Part shown: piece after piece, positions 60,461 to 64,000 of the stretch
How the letters are laid out: each line of letters begins with the position of its first letter
Position numbering within the stretch: position 1 is the first letter of the stretch
Source of the DNA: a virus
Taxonomy: Duplodnaviria; Caudoviricetes
DNA: 64,000 nucleotides
Virus record (IMG/VR): IMGVR_UViG_2974770163_000001
Span: 45,435 to 109,434 of that record
Strand: one strand, 5' to 3'
Notes under the pieces: model-generated
Databases searched by the model: none
Told to the model about the DNA's origin: nothing
What the model saw: only the letters and a program-made list of their open reading frames with translations
Program-made: the position numbers and the translations under genes

Positions 60461-61378
60461 ATGTTACAAGAGTCAGTTAACGCAATTATAGAAGAATCAT
60501 TGGGGGATAGAGTTAAGGAATTGGTAGGTATTGTTCATAATGGTATCATCCAATCTGCAAAGAAAAGGAGCTTCTGTAGCTCAATTCAGATTAATAATGC
60601 TACCAAACAATTTAGCCTTAATAAACAAGAACTAGTTTCATTACTACAAATTGTTTCAGCTATTTTTGAAGCAGAGGGCGGAATACTAATGACTTACGCT
60701 ATCTCTGGTAGTAACAATGACCTATCTATTGGGGTAGATGTATTAGTATCACCTACTGATACACTTGCATCTTATCTTGTAAAAATTTATGATTCGGAGA
60801 ATGATAATGGCTGATTTCTGTAGAGACTGTGCAATTGATATTTTGGGTTTCGATACCAAGGATCTTGCAGGTTTGATCACGAAAGAAGATATGTATAACG
60901 GAATCCGTGCCCACGTGATATGTGAGGGCTGTGGATGGATTCTAGTAGACCATAATGGTGTTCGTGTTTCGGTTGATGATAACATTCAGGAAGAGTACGC
61001 AGGTGCCTCTTCTGACCTATCTGGGGCTGGTTCGCTAACCAAAGAATCTATGTACAACTTACCTAAAGAGGGTTAATCATGCGTATTTTAGTGCCACGCC
61101 CAGAACATATGCCACGTAGTCAGAATGATCTGCCAGATGAAGTATACTATAATATATGGGCAGCAGATCAGCTAGCTAGTATTGTAGGTTACATGTTATC
61201 CTACACCAACGAGTTCCATAAAGAAGGCAAGTTTGATATCACACTTACAAATACTGGAGGCTCAGAGGTACGTAGGCGCGTAACTGAGGCATTAGCTGAA
61301 CAAGGCTGGGAAGCTACATATGAGCTTGAGAAGTACCAGCAACCTTTACTGACGTTACGCCCACTTGACGACCTGTAA
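60461..61378 (+). other. Three hypothetical ORFs (60461-60814; ~60807-61076 with CxxC and CEGCG; 61079-61378)
   Basis: Promoter TTGCTT-17-TATAAT at 60401-60429, RBSs. Confidence 0.75.
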
Positions 61379-61480
61379 AGTTTAGAAAGTGGTGGGAAAT
61401 TTGGCTGTCCAAATAGGTACCACCACCTCGATTTATAAAAATTTCTTGCAATCGTCGAAAACTTTTGTTATAATATATTC

Positions 61481-62020
61481 ATAGTTTGGAAATTCTTAGG
61501 CGTTTAAGAAAAGCGCCTAACGATTTGTAAACTCTAGATTGATTTACATTTGTCACTCAGTATGTATCCGGTTCGTGGGGCAACCCCAACGTAGATAACA
61601 CTGATTATCTCTAACCACATAAATTCTTAACGAGTTCGACAGCTATAAAGCTGGCTTTGCTACCTGAAATCCGACCTGTTGTGCGGTGTAGTCTTATGAA
61701 GTCTCTTCGGAGAAAACCATGTTGTCATAGGGCTAGGGTAACGATAAGAACGCGGTCAATTAAACTTCTCGACGACTGTAGGTACGCCCTGGTTCTCGAG
61801 CCCACCTGCTTAGCGGCGAATCATGAGGTGGCGTGCGAAGTTTATGTAGACTAGCAATAGCAGTCCGGCGGAGTGAGACCAAAGGCGTATAGTGAGAATG
61901 AGAAGAGAGTGTATGTGGTTAGGATGTTTTCTTTTAATAGAACTCGAACAAATATAAGTTGATTGGATAGTATGGAGAACCCTCGGGCAACCGACACAGT
62001 ATCTAGATTATCTTAGAGTA
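61481..62020 (+). ncRNA. ~540-nt structured RNA / leader upstream of obp
   Basis: Promoter TTGCAA-17-TATAAT (61446-61474); GCAA and TTCG tetraloops; 11-bp long-range helix and crossing pairs. Confidence 0.7.
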
Positions 62021-62089
62021 TAACTGTTCCCTGGCTTAACAGGATGGACAGGATAATTGTAACCTTTTAACTATAGGAGTAGACTCTGC

Positions 62090-64000
62090 GTGTTCACGGT
62101 TTTAGAGGGACATGAGGGATGGACAAGAGATCAAGCAACCGGTAATTGGATTCCGTCAAACGAAGACTTTGTGTTTGCTAAAGAGTTCTCTGAGCAGTTT
62201 CCAATGGGTAAGCCACACTCACTTCCAACTAAATTTAATGTTGTGGACGAGTATGATCCCAAAACACTCCCTGAAATGATGGATTTATTAAAGTTAATCA
62301 CCGCCAACCCTCAGTGGATGGTTATTCGTGCAAAACCGAAGGCAGCTCGACGTGCAATTTATAGACGTAAAGTGAATTTCGAAACTTCTAATAAATCAAA
62401 TATAATCGCTATCGACGTGGATGATTTTCCACTTCCTGACGATATATCTCCGTTTGATATTGCCTCTCAAGGACGTTATGTTCTAGGCATCCTTAATTCA
62501 ATTAGTGAGGAGATGTTTCCATTAGATGCTGGTTTCATAGCCCATGCATCATCTTCTGCTGGTATTAAGTCTGGTATTCGTCTGCATATGTTCTTTCAGA
62601 CTAATATTCCAGTTACTCAAGGACAATTGAAATTCACGTTCTCATCTATTAATGAATCTTCACGAGAGAAATATAATGGGGCTAACGTAATTGACTTGGC
62701 TTACTATTCAGCTGTTCAGGCACATTACTTTGCCGATCCAATATTCAAAGCACCTTTTACCGATCCTTTTATTAAGGAGAGAGTCTCACGTCTGAAATAT
62801 GTTTCCGGTGGAACAATAAATATGCCGGACAATGTACCAGACTTTGAGTCTACTAAGGGTGAGTTTAAAGAGGAATTTTACTCTTTGTTAGATCAAATTA
62901 AAGGTAAACGTTCCACATCTGATAAAGTTGAGAGAATTATAGGAGAGCTAGAAGATGCAGAGGATGGAGTTTATTTAAGGATTATTCCTAAACTTTATCA
63001 CAATGCACTAGAAGAGGGCATAGACCTTGCATGGCTCGAAAAAGAGATTACACCAGCTTTGTCTCTTTATGTGGCTCATAAAGACAATCGTAGAACTATT
63101 CAAGAGTACTTTACCAATGGACGTAAGCAGGCATTAAAGGCTTTCGTAAATAACTCTAAACGAGAAATTCCATTCAACCTTAAAGGTGTTCCTATTAAGC
63201 AGCTTGAAACTAATTCTGCTGAACAAGATAAGTTTTTACGATTAGATAAATTACCGCCCGAGGGGACAATGACATTCGTTAAGTCTAGTCTGGGAACAGG
63301 TAAAACAACTGCGATTATTAAGTGGTTAGATTCTGGTATGATTGATGGGGGATTCCTAGCAATCACGAATACTCGTGCATTGGTTTCTTCAAACGCTAAG
63401 AAATTCACATCTGGTCAATATAACAAATCAATTGATATGTTAGACTTTAAAAGGGGTGGATTAACTAGAATGTCTTCCACAATTCACTCAATCCATAAAT
63501 TCAAAGGTCTAGTTGATAAGGTTGACTTTGTATTTATAGATGAGGCAGATGCGGTAATGAATGATTTATTATTTGCACCTGTTGTTAAGAATCGCAGACA
63601 GTGTATCGAAACGTTACGTGATCTTTTATTAAATGCAAAACATGTAATTTTATCAGATGGTGATATCAGTGCAGAAACCGTAGAAGCTTACGGTAGTCTT
63701 ATTGATTTTGATAAACCAATCAATTTCTTTAATCATCATCGTCGAATGTTACAAGGTGCTCAAGCATATGAATTCTCAGATGCAGAGTCGGTCTGGGTCG
63801 CTTTTCAAACTTCATTAGAAATGGGTGAGAAGTCAATCATAGTAACAGACTGTGGACCTGCAGAATTAGGTGAACGTGGTATTGCCTTACGAGAAGCCAC
63901 TGGTTGTATAGTTAAAGAGATCCATTCCAACTCAACCGAAGACCCTGACATTCGCAAAATACTAGACTATACTAATGAAGAACTTATCAATCAAAATGTT
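62090..64000 (+). CDS. obp: Replication origin-binding protein / helicase (partial, runs off window)
   Basis: GTG start after AGGAG, MFTVLEGHEG as in T5 obp; Walker A SLGTGKTT, Walker B FIDEAD. Confidence 0.9.
   Translation, partial: MFTVLEGHEGWTRDQATGNWIPSNEDFVFAKEFSEQFPMGKPHSLPTKFNVVDEYDPKTLPEMMDLLKLITANPQWMVIRAKPKAARRAIYRRKVNFETSNKSNIIAIDVDDFPLPDDISPFDIASQGRYVLGILNSISEEMFPLDAGFIAHASSSAGIKSGIRLHMFFQTNIPVTQGQLKFTFSSINESSREKYNGANVIDLAYYSAVQAHYFADPIFKAPFTDPFIKERVSRLKYVSGGTINMPDNVPDFESTKGEFKEEFYSLLDQIKGKRSTSDKVERIIGELEDAEDGVYLRIIPKLYHNALEEGIDLAWLEKEITPALSLYVAHKDNRRTIQEYFTNGRKQALKAFVNNSKREIPFNLKGVPIKQLETNSAEQDKFLRLDKLPPEGTMTFVKSSLGTGKTTAIIKWLDSGMIDGGFLAITNTRALVSSNAKKFTSGQYNKSIDMLDFKRGGLTRMSSTIHSIHKFKGLVDKVDFVFIDEADAVMNDLLFAPVVKNRRQCIETLRDLLLNAKHVILSDGDISAETVEAYGSLIDFDKPINFFNHHRRMLQGAQAYEFSDAESVWVAFQTSLEMGEKSIIVTDCGPAELGERGIALREATGCIVKEIHSNSTEDPDIRKILDYTNEELINQNV

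Noticed and set aside
47430-61641. Shared 11-mer CGAGTTCGACA between the two large RNA regions
   Set aside because: One 11-nt match between regions of this size is compatible with chance
61761-61895. Group I intron core (P3/P7-like crossing helices, GACTA and TATAGT)
   Set aside because: Only ~13 nt are available for the P4-P6 domain and no interrupted gene flanks it
25-63408. Antisense ORFs in the track (e.g. 25-330, 8070-8309, 26038-26469, 45776-46105, 63100-63408)
   Set aside because: Shadow frames opposite well-supported genes, without RBS

Overview
64 kb of a lytic T5-like phage genome (Demerecviridae-type gene order) with a gammaproteobacterial host, assembled across a single collapsed terminal repeat. 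Left to right: terminase large (partial) and small subunits; pb5-like receptor-binding protein; a membrane-microprotein array and 68-bp repeats; the pre-early (first-step-transfer) region with dmp, A1, A2 and a Cor-like lipoprotein; a ~1.4 kb non-coding injection-stop region; early genes (HD hydrolase, GNAT, two phosphoesterases, endolysin, holin, ClpP, dNMP kinase, spanins, GrcA-like); a ~15 kb island of 28 tRNAs covering all 20 amino acids plus an Rnl2-type ligase; nucleotide metabolism (rnh, thyA, dfr, nrdAB, phoH, nrdD); and the start of the origin-binding helicase. Three things stand out. (1) A 206-bp stretch of the injection-stop region is an almost back-to-back array of host regulator operators (LexA, 3x DnaA, Cra, FadR, Fur, 9x MetJ), followed by two Chi sites. 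(2) About ten highly structured non-coding RNAs of 55-680 nt (pseudoknots, T-loops, tRNA mimics) are interleaved with the tRNAs, with another in front of obp. (3) Pre-early transcription units carry rRNA-type boxA elements and long inverted repeats that enclose whole ORFs. All calls were made by eye; no database search or folding program was run.
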